NCBI RefSeq assembly: GCF_032062105.1
Contig: NW_026928016.1
Location: 62,001 to 126,000 of the forward strand
Origin: Saccostrea cucullata
Lineage: Eukaryota
Length of the DNA stretch: 64,000 nt
Direction of reading: 5' to 3'
Under the pieces are notes generated by a model, which saw only the letters and a list, made by a program, of their open reading frames with translations, was not told the origin of the DNA and did not search any database. Shown piece after piece: positions 63,350 to 64,000 of the stretch (positions are counted from its first letter, which is position 1; the number at the start of each line of letters is the position of its first letter). A program made the position numbers and the translations under genes.

Positions 63350-64000
63350 GTAAAAATAATACCGTTGGTAGGAATCATGCATGAGGCTCAATTTTATCTG
63401 TCTACAGGTATTTATTGTGCAATGTGTATCATGACACAGGGACTAAAATACCAGTATTTGGTACAAAATTATTAATTCCAGATATTACTCATCTATTATG
63501 TTTATTTGATCAAACTTTTAAACAAAAATCACAAATTCCATATATTAATTTTTGCATTATTATCATGTTAAAATTTTGTGAAAATAAACTGACAGTGTGT
63601 TTAATAATAATAAGCAAAAAATTTTAAGGACAGGCTAAAATTTCCACTTATAGGGTATAAAAAAATGTTGAAAAAAGTTAAACTACTGCAAACATCCTTT
63701 ATATTACAATACATATAATATACTTAACAATGTAAAAAGTAAAATTTTATTTTCGTAGTTTATTTATAATAAAAATTATGGAATTTCTTTTGAAATTGTA
63801 GTGAAAATTCCATGTAAAGTTATCCCAATTTTATCAGGATATTTTTGGGAAAAATATATGTGATTGATATATGACAATAAGAAATTTTAGGCAATTTTAA
63901 ACCATCTCCATAAAATAAGGCCTTGCAAATCATGAATTTGTACTATTTGTTAAAATTTTTTGAAAATTATTCTCCCTTTATTTTTATTTTGTTAAAAATA

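Overview
AT-rich, intron-rich animal genomic DNA. The repeat landscape (Helentron/HINE elements carrying ~156-bp satellites, many MITEs, frequent TACATGTA) suggests a bivalve, probably an oyster; this is an inference. I assembled four spliced genes by hand, with GT-AG sites and reading phase consistent throughout, arranged as two head-to-head pairs. They are AIDA (-, 10 exons, 298 aa), SOS (+, 24 exons, 1211 aa), C1orf198/DUF4706 (-, 4 exons, 369 aa) and NRDE2 (+, at least 7 exons, runs off the window). The window starts in the 3' end of a Gypsy LTR retrotransposon (integrase with one nonsense codon, PPT, 675-bp LTR). Introns hold many nested non-autonomous DNA transposons. Two observations stand out. 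(1) All three minisatellites are anchored on splice signals, and two consecutive AIDA introns open with ~35 and ~44 tandem copies of their own exon end plus 5' splice site. (2) Short palindromic insertions at TA sites (TA to TACATGTA, TACCGGTA or TACCCGGGTA) can be shown by comparing repeat copies inside the window, and two of the three types match the termini of local TA-targeting MITEs, so they look like excision footprints. No prokaryote-type system (CRISPR, operon) is present. Gene identities come from my recognition of conserved motifs, not from a database search.
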